A stretch of 64,000 nucleotides of DNA from a bacterium (GCA_030605695.1 JAUWHX010000092.1:996-64995), one strand, 5' to 3'; numbered from the stretch's first letter, positions 34,681 through 43,883 are shown. Notes: generated by a model not told the origin, from the sequence alone. Made by a program: numbers and translations.

Positions 34681-37499
34681 AAAAAGGAATACTTGCATAT
34701 CCATCAGTAGATATCATTCAGCTTGTGGCTAACATTCTTCTTGAGGAAAAAGAGTATTTGTCCCGTAATCTTGTGGTTTTTCCTGGAAAAAGACCGTCTC
34801 ATTTTTTGAGAAGATATTTGGCTGATGTTCTCAAATCACCCTTTAGGGCTCCCAAGCTGCTGTCCATAGAGGAATTTGTCGATTTCTGTTGTAAGCTATC
34901 AGGCAGGAGGGACAGAAGGATAAATGATATCGATGCGGTGTCTATTATTTTCAATCTACACAAGAAGAATAGATTAATTGGTAGAGAAGGCGAGGAGCTG
35001 GATATTGATAGCTTTCTTATTTGGGGTTTTAAGATATTCTCGGACTTTGAAGAAATGTACATGGCAGGAGTGAAACCGTCTGACTTGCAGAAAAGTGAAG
35101 TAATTGCAGGAGAAAAACTGCCGGGAAGTATCTACGAAAGATTAACGTCTCTGTCTGTGCTTTACGAGTCTTTTTATGAATATCTTTTGGAGAACGAACT
35201 CTCTACAAGGGCATCAAGATACAGAGATACGTTGAATACTGTTGGTGAGATAGACTTGAATGTGTTTAAGAAAGTAATTTTTGTTGGCTTTTTCGCTTTT
35301 ACTAATACGGAAAGAAAGATTTTTGAGCAGTTGAAAACAAGAGATAATGTGAGTTTTATTTTCCAGAAAGGTCATGGTATTGAATTGACTATCTCGGAGT
35401 TGAATATTGATGTTGAAGAGATGGGAGAAGACGATAAAAGTCCAAAAATATCATTTTATCGGGCGATGGATGTACACGGCGAAGTGTTCTCCCTTAATCA
35501 GGTCTTACATGAAAAGAAAGACTTTGACAGGAAAGATGTTATAGCTCTTCCATCCACAGAAAGTCTTTTCCCAATAGTTCAACAAACTCTTCCTTTTACT
35601 AACAACAACTACAATATCTCTATGGGGTATCCTTTGTTCCGTACGCCTGTCTATTCCCTTATTGAGACTCTCGGGAGGTTGCTTGAGACAAGGGAGGACG
35701 ATGAATATTTTGTTCCTGATTACTTGAGATTTGTGCTACATCCCTATGTGAAAAATATCTATTATAAAGGTGCCAGTTATCCAACAAGAATTATTCTTCA
35801 TACGATAGAGGAACAATTAGTAAAACGAAATCGAAGATTTGTCAAATTGGAGGAAATCGAAGAGGATAAATCTATTATTCAAGAATGTGTGAAAAAGCTC
35901 AAAGAAGGTAGAAAAAGCAATATCAGCACCGAGAAAGTCATAAGACACTTGAAAAAAATCCATACAGTTTTGATAAAACCCTTCGAAGATATAAAAAACG
36001 TTGAGGATTTTGGTGAAAAACTTCTTGTGTTGGTAACATTCATATCTACCAGCAGTCCAGCGAAGATGCATCCTTATACAAGGCCATTTATAAAAAGGAT
36101 GATAGAGGGAATTTATGAACTCAAAACATCAGGTTTAAAGGATGAGAAGTTCAATGAAACTAAAAGTTATCTAAAATTATTAAGAAACTATTTCCGCACG
36201 GTGACATATCCGTTTGAAGGAACTCCGGTTAAAGGTCTTCAGGTTCTCGGATTTTTGGAAACACGAAACATCAAATTTAACACGCTTTATCTACTAGACG
36301 GAAATGAAGGAATAATTCCTGATACGAAAAAGGAAGATACATTGCTACCGTATGAAGTAAGAAAGCATTTAGGACTGCCGACTTATGTGGAAAAAGAACG
36401 AATCGCAAGATACCATTTTGAAAGATTGGTGAACTGTGCTAAGGAAGTTCATATATTCTATGTTGAAAGTGCGGATAAAGAGAAAAGCAGATTCGTGGAA
36501 AAGCTTATGTGGAATCTGCAGAAAGAGCATAAAAATCTGGAACTTCAGAATCAAAAAGAGGCTTTCTTCGGAGTACAATTTAGCCAAAAGAATCCAGGAG
36601 CAATTAGGAAGAATGAGGACATGATAAAATGTCTTGAAAAGCATAGGTTTTCTCCTAGTGCGTTGGATACCTATTTGCATTGTCCACTCAGATTCTATTA
36701 CCAGTATGTTTTGAATTTACAGGAAAAAGAAGCAATCTCAGATGTTTTGGAAGCAATTAAAGTAGGTGACATAGTTCACAAGATTCTTGAGAAGTTCTTC
36801 AAACCAAAAGTAGGTCGGGAAATGAAAATCGAGGATGAGGATTACCAGAGAATGGACGAGATAGTTGAAGATCTCTTTGCAAAACATTATGGTGGAAATG
36901 TCGAAGGGGGAAGTTATTTGACTAAATTGCAGGTCAAAAGAAGAATGAGGGATGTTATTAACTTGCATAATAACAAATTTTACGATGTGGTGATTGAAGA
37001 GTGTGAAGATTGGCATGAAGGTAAGATTACTTTATCTAATGGACAGAAAGTAAACCTTGTAGGAAAAATTGATAGGATTGACAGAAGAAATGGGCAGATT
37101 TGCGTAGTTGACTACAAGACAGGAAAAAATACTGATGTGCCAAGTACTACGAAATTTCCTGCCTCGCCAAGGGAAGAATGGTACAAGACTTTGAAGTCAG
37201 TTCAACTACCTTTTTATATACTTGTATATCTCGATGAGCACAAAGATATTTCCATAAACGAAATCAACAGTTGTTTAATGCTCCTGGGAACAAAGACTAT
37301 CAAAGAGGAATTCCTCTTTAAGGACAAAACAGAGAGAAAAAAGTTCTTTGTAATGTATAGAGAAGCAATAACTACGCTAATCGGTGAAATACTAGATAAG
37401 AATGTCGAATTTTCCCCGACAAAAGATTTTGAAAAAGAATGCGTATGGTGTAGTTACAAGAATATTTGTGGCACTCAATGGGTAGTGAAAAAATGGTAG
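34677..37499 (+). CDS. addB: AddB-type subunit: degenerate helicase-like N-terminus, PD-(D/E)xK nuclease and a 4-Cys cluster
   Basis: No Walker A (VFPGKRPSHF). SPSALDTYLHCPLRFYYQYVL, GDIVHKILE, GKIDRIDRRNGQICVVDYKTGK, QLPFYILVY, CVWCSYKNIC. ATGA overlap with addA. Confidence 0.8.
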   Translation: MKKGILAYPSVDIIQLVANILLEEKEYLSRNLVVFPGKRPSHFLRRYLADVLKSPFRAPKLLSIEEFVDFCCKLSGRRDRRINDIDAVSIIFNLHKKNRLIGREGEELDIDSFLIWGFKIFSDFEEMYMAGVKPSDLQKSEVIAGEKLPGSIYERLTSLSVLYESFYEYLLENELSTRASRYRDTLNTVGEIDLNVFKKVIFVGFFAFTNTERKIFEQLKTRDNVSFIFQKGHGIELTISELNIDVEEMGEDDKSPKISFYRAMDVHGEVFSLNQVLHEKKDFDRKDVIALPSTESLFPIVQQTLPFTNNNYNISMGYPLFRTPVYSLIETLGRLLETREDDEYFVPDYLRFVLHPYVKNIYYKGASYPTRIILHTIEEQLVKRNRRFVKLEEIEEDKSIIQECVKKLKEGRKSNISTEKVIRHLKKIHTVLIKPFEDIKNVEDFGEKLLVLVTFISTSSPAKMHPYTRPFIKRMIEGIYELKTSGLKDEKFNETKSYLKLLRNYFRTVTYPFEGTPVKGLQVLGFLETRNIKFNTLYLLDGNEGIIPDTKKEDTLLPYEVRKHLGLPTYVEKERIARYHFERLVNCAKEVHIFYVESADKEKSRFVEKLMWNLQKEHKNLELQNQKEAFFGVQFSQKNPGAIRKNEDMIKCLEKHRFSPSALDTYLHCPLRFYYQYVLNLQEKEAISDVLEAIKVGDIVHKILEKFFKPKVGREMKIEDEDYQRMDEIVEDLFAKHYGGNVEGGSYLTKLQVKRRMRDVINLHNNKFYDVVIEECEDWHEGKITLSNGQKVNLVGKIDRIDRRNGQICVVDYKTGKNTDVPSTTKFPASPREEWYKTLKSVQLPFYILVYLDEHKDISINEINSCLMLLGTKTIKEEFLFKDKTERKKFFVMYREAITTLIGEILDKNVEFSPTKDFEKECVWCSYKNICGTQWVVKKW

Positions 37500-37515
37500 C
37501 ACGCCAAGATATAGT

Positions 37516-39963
37516 ATGATTACAAAAATTAATGAGTTGAAATATATCTGTAATTTTCAATGTTTTTTATGGCAAAATAAAATACCCGAATTTTCCAAGG
37601 TGAATATTATATTCGGGTACAATGGGAGTGGCAAAACAGTTTTCTCAAATGTTTTTAAGCTGTTTTCTACAAAAGAAGATACTGCTAATTTATTGTTTAG
37701 CGAACTGGCATCAAATGACAGTGATGCTTCAGTGGAAATCGCAATAGATAAGAAGAAAATCAAATACAAAGATAGTTGTCTTAAAAAGGATATTTACGTT
37801 TTCAACTCAGATTTTATTACAAAACACGTTTATGATGGGACAAAAGCGAATATATCAGAATTTGATAGTGCAGTAACTACTAAAGAACAACTTACAAATC
37901 CCAAAATTCAGCACCTTGAAGAAGAAATAAACAAATTAGAACAAAACAAAACAGAAGAAGAAAGTCAAAAGGAAGCTTTAGACAAAAAATTTGAAGAAAT
38001 AAAGGATCGTTTATCTCGCGAATTCAACCAAAATATTATTGGTAAAAGAGTTACTGTTACGCAATCATTAACAATACCAACAAAAAAAGCAGCAGAAATT
38101 CGAAAAGAATTAGATAGTTGTTATCAACAATACCAACTGAGTAAAAAGCAAGAGACTTTGAACAAAGATAAACAAATTTTAGAGGATGTAGATTTTCAGA
38201 CTATCAAAATTGATGCCCAATTAATCTCTCAGGTATTGGGAAAAACAATTTCGAAAGTTGCTCGTGAAAAAGTTGTTCAAAAATTAACACGTTATTCTAG
38301 TTTTGTACCTACAAAGGTGGAAAACCTCCAAGATTGGTTTGAAGACGGGCATTCTTTTCTACAAGATATAAAAAAGAAAGGAGAAACTAAGTGCCCATTA
38401 TGTGATAGTGATATTCAAAAAGGTATGGAAGAATTATTAGATGAATACAATAGTTATTTTAGTGAAGAACATAAAAATCTTTCTCAGCAGATTGAATTAC
38501 TAATGAGAAATATTGAAGGAATAAAGAATTTACTTTCCAATAATAAAACTATAGCTTTGCAACTTAAAAATATTTTTGATAGATATGAGAGTTTACATAG
38601 AGAAGAAAAGAATAAAGACGAGCGGGAAGATTTTAAGCTTAATAATTTAGAAACTAATCTTAAAAGCTTGAAAGAGAGACTTGCAAGCAAAAAGAATGAT
38701 TTATTAAGAACCATGACCAACAATGATTTAATCAGCGAGATAGAGGCAACAATTACAAACTACAACTCTCAAGTGGAGAAAAAAGAAAACATGAAAGATA
38801 AGTTATTAGAAAAGTTAAAGCAATCTTTTGACTCCAGTGAATTAGAAAAACAGGCAAAAGAATTTGTGAGGCAATTAACACAGGCAGAATTCAATGAACA
38901 CAATGGTGGTGAAAAAATAGAAAAATATCAAGAAATAAAGAGACAAATAGAAGGAATAAAAGCTCAGCTAATACCCATTGAAAACCAACGAAAGACAGAA
39001 GTTGATAGCTTAAAGAACGAGTCAAAATATATTAACGATTTTTTGAAAAAATCAGGAGTTCATAATTTTACAGTAGATATTGATAAAAAACAAACTCAAG
39101 AAAACATACAAATTCATTACAAAAATGGTTGTACAAGGTCAAAGTTAAAATACTCTCTTAGTGAAGGTGAAAAAACAGCATTGGCTTTCGCTTATTTTTT
39201 AAGCCTAATCAAATATGAAGTATTTGATAATACAAGAGATAATCTTGCCCAACAAACAATTGTTGTTATAGACGATCCTATATCGAGTTTGGATGAAGAG
39301 CGTTTATATACTACTGCTTACTTAATTAGTCATTCATTTAAAGATGTAGAACAACTTTTTGTATTAAGTCACAACCTTATTTTTTTAAAGTTTTTTAGTA
39401 ATATTACCACTCATGATTCTAAAGAAAGACAAGATTATTATCTTTGTAATCATAAAATGACATTAGACTCTTTACCGACAGGTTTAACAAACTACACAAC
39501 GGTATATTTTCAAAAACTACATGATATTATTGAATATCAAGAAAACCGTATAAAGTATGATGAAGTCAAAAAATTTATTCCTAATCACATTAGAGTTGTA
39601 TTAGAAACATTTTTAAGTTTTAAATTTGCTGCCTTAAAGCAAGGAAGTTCAGGAGAAAAATATTATTCTGCAGGATTAGACAAGCTTATAAACAACTTGA
39701 AAAACAAAACACATCTTTTTGAAGGATTTGTTGAAATTGAAGATATTGATAAATCCAATTTTATTGAAAAACTAGAAAAAATTAAAAGGATAACAGATTC
39801 CCAATCACATGGTGGTCCTCAAAGTATTGATGAGTTTAATTTTATAAGTGAAAATGAGCTAAAAGACATAACTAAAGATGCTTTAAACATTATAAAATAT
39901 TTAGATCAAATTCATTTTGACTCTGTTAAAGAGAAAGTTAGTAATATTACAAACTCTTCTTGA
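37516..39963 (+). CDS. RloC/PrrC-like (AAA_13-type) ABC ATPase with a CxxC zinc hook
   Basis: IIFGYNGSGKTVFS (Walker A), coiled coil with GETKCPLCDSD, LSEGEKTALAFAYFL, VVIDDPISSLD, VLSHN. The C-terminal region has PNHIRVVLETF ... DSQSHGG (R-x3-E ... H). 16 nt downstream of addB. Confidence 0.75.
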   Translation: MITKINELKYICNFQCFLWQNKIPEFSKVNIIFGYNGSGKTVFSNVFKLFSTKEDTANLLFSELASNDSDASVEIAIDKKKIKYKDSCLKKDIYVFNSDFITKHVYDGTKANISEFDSAVTTKEQLTNPKIQHLEEEINKLEQNKTEEESQKEALDKKFEEIKDRLSREFNQNIIGKRVTVTQSLTIPTKKAAEIRKELDSCYQQYQLSKKQETLNKDKQILEDVDFQTIKIDAQLISQVLGKTISKVAREKVVQKLTRYSSFVPTKVENLQDWFEDGHSFLQDIKKKGETKCPLCDSDIQKGMEELLDEYNSYFSEEHKNLSQQIELLMRNIEGIKNLLSNNKTIALQLKNIFDRYESLHREEKNKDEREDFKLNNLETNLKSLKERLASKKNDLLRTMTNNDLISEIEATITNYNSQVEKKENMKDKLLEKLKQSFDSSELEKQAKEFVRQLTQAEFNEHNGGEKIEKYQEIKRQIEGIKAQLIPIENQRKTEVDSLKNESKYINDFLKKSGVHNFTVDIDKKQTQENIQIHYKNGCTRSKLKYSLSEGEKTALAFAYFLSLIKYEVFDNTRDNLAQQTIVVIDDPISSLDEERLYTTAYLISHSFKDVEQLFVLSHNLIFLKFFSNITTHDSKERQDYYLCNHKMTLDSLPTGLTNYTTVYFQKLHDIIEYQENRIKYDEVKKFIPNHIRVVLETFLSFKFAALKQGSSGEKYYSAGLDKLINNLKNKTHLFEGFVEIEDIDKSNFIEKLEKIKRITDSQSHGGPQSIDEFNFISENELKDITKDALNIIKYLDQIHFDSVKEKVSNITNSS

Positions 39964-40159
39964 TATTAACCCGTAACAAAAGATAAATTATCGAACTATA
40001 TTGTTTTTTGAAAATATTATATCCTAATAGAAGTTACTATACCGTTTCCAACCACATTGATTCTCAAGTCTTGGTTTTGTCATATGGTAGCCTTTAAACT
40101 TTCTACTTTGGAGTTTTTTTCTTGCAATTTTCTAAACTCTATAATAAAATAGTATCCAA

Positions 40160-40630
40160 ATGAGAAAGCAAAGTTTAAAGGAAAGGATAGATAGAGAATA
40201 CGATAATCTCAGACAGAGAAAATTTACATGGGATTCGTCACGGGGCAAAAAACTGGCTCGTGACCTTGTAAGATATAAGCTCTGCAAGCATTTTGGATGG
40301 AAAGATGAACAGACATACAAAATGAGAGATCTAGTAAGCGTAGATATTAAATTGCTCAGAAATCTTGGTTTAGGAAGTATACTCAATAAATTCCAGGGTA
40401 TTCTTGATGTTATCTACCATGCATATCCAAAAATGGAGAAAGAATTCAGCAAGATTGTGATTGCTTCCATAGAATACTTCCTGGAGCATTCCGAAGGTGA
40501 AATGCCAAGAAAATTCTATCCAAAGCCCCATTCTGATTTTGAAAAAAGACATGGAATAAGCACTAAAGAAGTATACAACGCTATGCGCAGATATGGGCAG
40601 TTAAATACTCTTGAGAAAATAAAAAGATAG
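40160..40630 (+). CDS. Hypothetical protein
   Basis: 156-aa ORF, the only rightward gene between the addAB operon and the leftward module. No motif recognised. Confidence 0.4.
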   Translation: MRKQSLKERIDREYDNLRQRKFTWDSSRGKKLARDLVRYKLCKHFGWKDEQTYKMRDLVSVDIKLLRNLGLGSILNKFQGILDVIYHAYPKMEKEFSKIVIASIEYFLEHSEGEMPRKFYPKPHSDFEKRHGISTKEVYNAMRRYGQLNTLEKIKR

Positions 40631-40667
40631 GTAGGCAGTTTATACCGACTTGCCCAGGTCGTTTAAT

Positions 40668-40997
40668 CTATCCAACCATCACTTTTTGAGTGCTCTTGCG
40701 TCTCTGATTTGATTGCTTTGCTTCAGTTCCATTGCCATCCGGTTCAAAGAAGTCATTGTTTAGTTGCCGGAGTTCCTTGAAAAGTCTGCTGATTTTCTCT
40801 GCTTTTTGCTCTCTGAGTCTATCTATCTCTGGCGCTGGAGTTATCACAATCTTCTCCGGTGCAATCTCCAATTTTACGCTCTTATCTGCTTTGAATCCTA
40901 TTTCTTCAAGCCATTTACCAAATAGCTTTAAAAATGGGACTTTACCACCACCTTCTGGTGATGATGCTTCTGCTATGATTAAATGCCTTACTTCCAT
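40668..40997 (-). CDS. SymE-like / AbrB(SpoVT)-fold protein
   Basis: VPFLKLFGKWLEEIGFKADKSVKLEIAPEKIVITP matches the SymE-type swapped-hairpin pattern (L.G.WLe.aGF..g..v.v). Basic tail. Confidence 0.55.
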   Translation of the reverse strand: MEVRHLIIAEASSPEGGGKVPFLKLFGKWLEEIGFKADKSVKLEIAPEKIVITPAPEIDRLREQKAEKISRLFKELRQLNNDFFEPDGNGTEAKQSNQRRKSTQKVMVG

Positions 40998-41006
40998 AAT
41001 TGCCTC

Positions 41007-41210
41007 CTATGACTTTTGCACAGCTATGTCAATTGCTGTATTAACTACAATAGTCCAACATTCCATTCCCCACTCTATGCCTTTCTTTACCTGATACAGC
41101 TCATCATCTGTAAGCTTCCGTCCTATCCGTTTTTGAGCAAGGAGCTGTGCGTCCTCTTCAATTATCTGATACAAAATTCTATTTCCCCATTCATTCTTGC
41201 AAAAGGACAT
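41007..41210 (-). CDS. Hypothetical small protein
   Basis: Start set to ATG 41210 after AAGGAGG. Confidence 0.4.
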   Translation of the reverse strand: MSFCKNEWGNRILYQIIEEDAQLLAQKRIGRKLTDDELYQVKKGIEWGMECWTIVVNTAIDIAVQKS

Positions 41211-41472
41211 GATTTTCACCTCCTTCAAAAGTCAGAATTTTCTTTGCAGTCTCTTCAACTGCTGTCTCAGGCAAGGATTCATCAAGCATTTCGTCATAAA
41301 GCACGTGCACGCACTCATGAAGCAAGGAGAGACCACCATCTTCCTTGCCTATAACAATCTCTCCCTTGTCATAATCAACATAGGCATCTGCAAGCCATGT
41401 CCTGCGATATTCAATATCAAAACCTGCTGAAATCACTGCCATTATCAATTGTTCAATCATCTCTGCCTCCAA
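41191..41472 (-). CDS. Mini HExxH protein (putative small metallopeptidase-like)
   Basis: 93 aa with LLHECVHVLYDE (HExxH). Confidence 0.4.
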   Translation of the reverse strand: MEAEMIEQLIMAVISAGFDIEYRRTWLADAYVDYDKGEIVIGKEDGGLSLLHECVHVLYDEMLDESLPETAVEETAKKILTFEGGENHVLLQE

Positions 41473-41505
41473 TAAAATAAAAAGGGCAGGAAATAAATCC
41501 CGCCC
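41471..41505 (-). terminator. Rho-independent terminator
   Basis: Minus-strand RNA: GGGCGGGA-UUUAUU-UCCUGCCC followed by UUUUUAUUUUAUU. Confidence 0.7.
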
Positions 41506-41524
41506 CCTGTTTTAATCAATAATC

Positions 41525-41743
41525 TCAATAACCTAACATTTCTCCTATATCATACCCTAAATCTGTATCACATTCACCACAGTGGCAGTGCTCTGCACTT
41601 CCTGAATCCTTCTTTACATACCTTTTGTCCTCATCGTCCCATTCCCAAGTTATATCATCATACTGCGTCTGAGTCACCTTATTCATTGGTTTGCCACAAT
41701 TCGGGCAAATAAACTTACCTTCTTTATCCTTTTTGAAATCCAT
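41525..41743 (-). CDS. Zinc-ribbon small protein
   Basis: CPNCGKP ... CHCGEC. GGAGG RBS. Confidence 0.5.
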   Translation of the reverse strand: MDFKKDKEGKFICPNCGKPMNKVTQTQYDDITWEWDDEDKRYVKKDSGSAEHCHCGECDTDLGYDIGEMLGY

Positions 41744-41756
41744 AGCTCCTCCTATT

Positions 41757-41930
41757 TCAGTGAACTTCTGTTACATCAAACTCTTGAAGATGGCTTTTTC
41801 TAACCAACTCCCCGTCATCTGTGTTGCGAACTATATCTTCTGCTTCATTACTATCTTTAGCTTTCACTTCTATAATCCCATGCCATCTCCAATGAACTCT
41901 AAAGGTTTTATGCTCCTTTTTATCTCTCAT
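41757..41930 (-). CDS. Small protein (57 aa), member of a 3-copy mini-protein family in this module
   Basis: Not in the track (<60 aa). GGAGG-N7-ATG. MRDKKEHKTFRVHWRWHGIIEVKAKDSNEAEDIVRNTDDGELVRKSHLQEFDVTEVH. Confidence 0.5.
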   Translation of the reverse strand: MRDKKEHKTFRVHWRWHGIIEVKAKDSNEAEDIVRNTDDGELVRKSHLQEFDVTEVH

Positions 41931-41944
41931 TTTTTTACCTCCTT

Positions 41945-42121
41945 CTATTTGGTCCCTGGACTCACGGTTAGCTCATTGCCTGTAGATGAGTTTACCCGAG
42001 CCCTGACTCCATATTCTTTCAAAAACTCCTTATTTCTATCTCTAATTTCATCTCTACGGAGTCTTACCTGATACTGTGTTCTGTTCCCCAATTGGTTTTT
42101 GAGATAAACCTTGCTTTGCAT
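41945..42121 (-). CDS. Hypothetical small basic protein
   Basis: MQSKVYLKNQLGNRTQYQVRLRRDEIRDRNKEF... The start is uncertain and it overlaps the upstream Cys-rich ORF in another frame. Confidence 0.3.
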   Translation of the reverse strand: MQSKVYLKNQLGNRTQYQVRLRRDEIRDRNKEFLKEYGVRARVNSSTGNELTVSPGTK

Positions 42122-42236
42122 AACAAAATTGTCCCTCGCAATAATCTGGTGTGAAATAGTAACACTTTTCACATTCAAGATTATCGCACTCTTCAACTGT
42201 CTCTGGTATAAACCTCTGTAATGTCTTTTTCTTCAT
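42054..42236 (-). CDS. Cys-rich small protein
   Basis: MKKKTLQRFIPETVEECDNLECEKCYYFTPDYCEGQFCY... The 3' part overlaps 41945-42121, so a frameshift or nested genes are possible. Confidence 0.3.
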   Translation of the reverse strand: MKKKTLQRFIPETVEECDNLECEKCYYFTPDYCEGQFCYAKQGLSQKPIGEQNTVSGKTP

Positions 42237-42250
42237 CTTAATCACCCCCC

Positions 42251-42682
42251 TCAAATTACATCTCTATCCTTCAAAGATACCCAACTTGTGTTTCCAAGTA
42301 TCACATGGTCCAACACTGGTATTCCTAAAATCTTGCCTGCTTCAGCAATTTGCTTGGTGACCTTCTTATCATCTTCACTGGGCTCTGGCTCTCCGCTTGG
42401 ATGATTGTGGACCAAAATGATATTTGCTGAATTTGCCAAAATAGCTGGTTTAAAGACTTCACGACCACAAACTGCTGATGAGGTCAAAGTTCCAATACTA
42501 ACAGTGTTAATGCAAATAACTCTATTCTTTGCATTTAAGCAAATCACCACAAAATGCTCTCTATCCTTCTTTCTCAAGCTTGACAGCAGTTTCCAGACAT
42601 CTTCAGGGTTTGTTATTGTAGGACCTAATTTCTCAGGAGCTTCTCTTACCATCTCAATCTGCACTTCTAATCCTTTGTACAT
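42251..42682 (-). CDS. radC: RadC-like JAB/MPN domain protein
   Basis: HNHPSGEPEPSEDD is the JAMM-like RadC motif. Start at ATG 42682 after GGAGG. Confidence 0.9.
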   Translation of the reverse strand: MYKGLEVQIEMVREAPEKLGPTITNPEDVWKLLSSLRKKDREHFVVICLNAKNRVICINTVSIGTLTSSAVCGREVFKPAILANSANIILVHNHPSGEPEPSEDDKKVTKQIAEAGKILGIPVLDHVILGNTSWVSLKDRDVI

Positions 42683-42703
42683 AATGACCTCCATTTTAGC
42701 TTA

Positions 42704-42743
42704 ATAATAAAACAAAACAGCCCCCACAATGGAATGGGGGCTG
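42704..42743 (-). terminator. Rho-independent terminator downstream of dnaN
   Basis: CAGCCCCCA-loop-UGGGGGCUG followed by UUUUGUUUUAUUA on the minus strand. Confidence 0.75.
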
Positions 42744-42778
42744 AAATGTTAAATGCTTAAGAAACAACGAGAAGATTC

Positions 42779-43867
42779 TTATTCAAATCTAACAGGCATC
42801 AGCAAATAGAGGTGTTCATTCTCGCTATTATCAGGCTTTAATATCATTGGAGATACTGGATTCTTAAAACTCCACTTAACCTGTTCACCTTTAATCGCAG
42901 ATACTATATCAAGCAGATATTTGGCATTAAATCCAATCTCTAAAGCATCTCCGGTATACTTGCATTCAACTCTAACCACAGATTCACATCCTTCTGCTGC
43001 AGATGTTAAGGCAAGTTCATTAGCACCTTTATCAATCTTAAGTTTCGCTAATTCATTCGACTTTTGAGCAAATACCTCAACTTGTTTTAATCCTTGAATA
43101 AGCTTCTCTCTACCTATAATCATCAGTTTATCGTTATCATCTGGGATAACTGACTCATAGGGAGGGTAGTCTCCTTCGAGAAGTCTCGTCACTACTGTTA
43201 GGTTTCCAGAAGAAAAGCCAATCATTGTTTTATCCACAAGAACCTGAATTGTATGAGCTTCCATTTTTCTCAAATGTTTTGCAATGTCTGATGGGACAAC
43301 CAGTTTTTGTTCTTGCTCAAACTCTCCCGAAATGCCAATTTCTGCCAGTCTGTGCCCATCAGTGCCAACAAGAATGAGCTTATCCTTTCTAAAATCAAAC
43401 AAAGTGCCAGACAAAACACTAGAATAAGTCTCCTTGCCTGTAAGTGCAGATACAGAGCTCATTGCAGATTGAAGCTCAGTTCTCGGAATGTATATGCCAT
43501 TTGAGCCGGGAAGAGGTTTCTCTATCGGGTAATCCTTTGGATTCGCTAAAGGCAATTTAAACTTTGAGCCATTGGATTTAATCACAAGTTGCTTATCCTT
43601 TGTCTCCAAACTCACATCTTCTTCTGGCAAAAGTTTTGAGATTTCAGCTAACTCTTTGCCAGAGACTACTACAATACCTTCTTCGTCAGTTTGACATGTA
43701 GCTTCAGCTCGTAGCCAGATATTCAAGTCAGTAGCTGTGGCTTTTACTGAACCGTTTTCAACTTGCAGTTTCACACATTCAAGTCCAGCCAAACTATTTT
43801 TCTTAATAACACTGACTACCTTGTCTAAAACTTCCCTCAAATAGGTTTGATGCATTAAAACTTTCAT
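42779..43867 (-). CDS. dnaN: DNA polymerase III beta sliding clamp
   Basis: 362 aa. ATDLNIWL, VGTDGHRLA, LEGDYPPYESVIP, IGFNAKYLLD, LLMPVR. Three-domain length. Confidence 0.9.
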   Translation of the reverse strand: MKVLMHQTYLREVLDKVVSVIKKNSLAGLECVKLQVENGSVKATATDLNIWLRAEATCQTDEEGIVVVSGKELAEISKLLPEEDVSLETKDKQLVIKSNGSKFKLPLANPKDYPIEKPLPGSNGIYIPRTELQSAMSSVSALTGKETYSSVLSGTLFDFRKDKLILVGTDGHRLAEIGISGEFEQEQKLVVPSDIAKHLRKMEAHTIQVLVDKTMIGFSSGNLTVVTRLLEGDYPPYESVIPDDNDKLMIIGREKLIQGLKQVEVFAQKSNELAKLKIDKGANELALTSAAEGCESVVRVECKYTGDALEIGFNAKYLLDIVSAIKGEQVKWSFKNPVSPMILKPDNSENEHLYLLMPVRFE

Positions 43868-43883
43868 CTCGTCCTCCTTTCAA

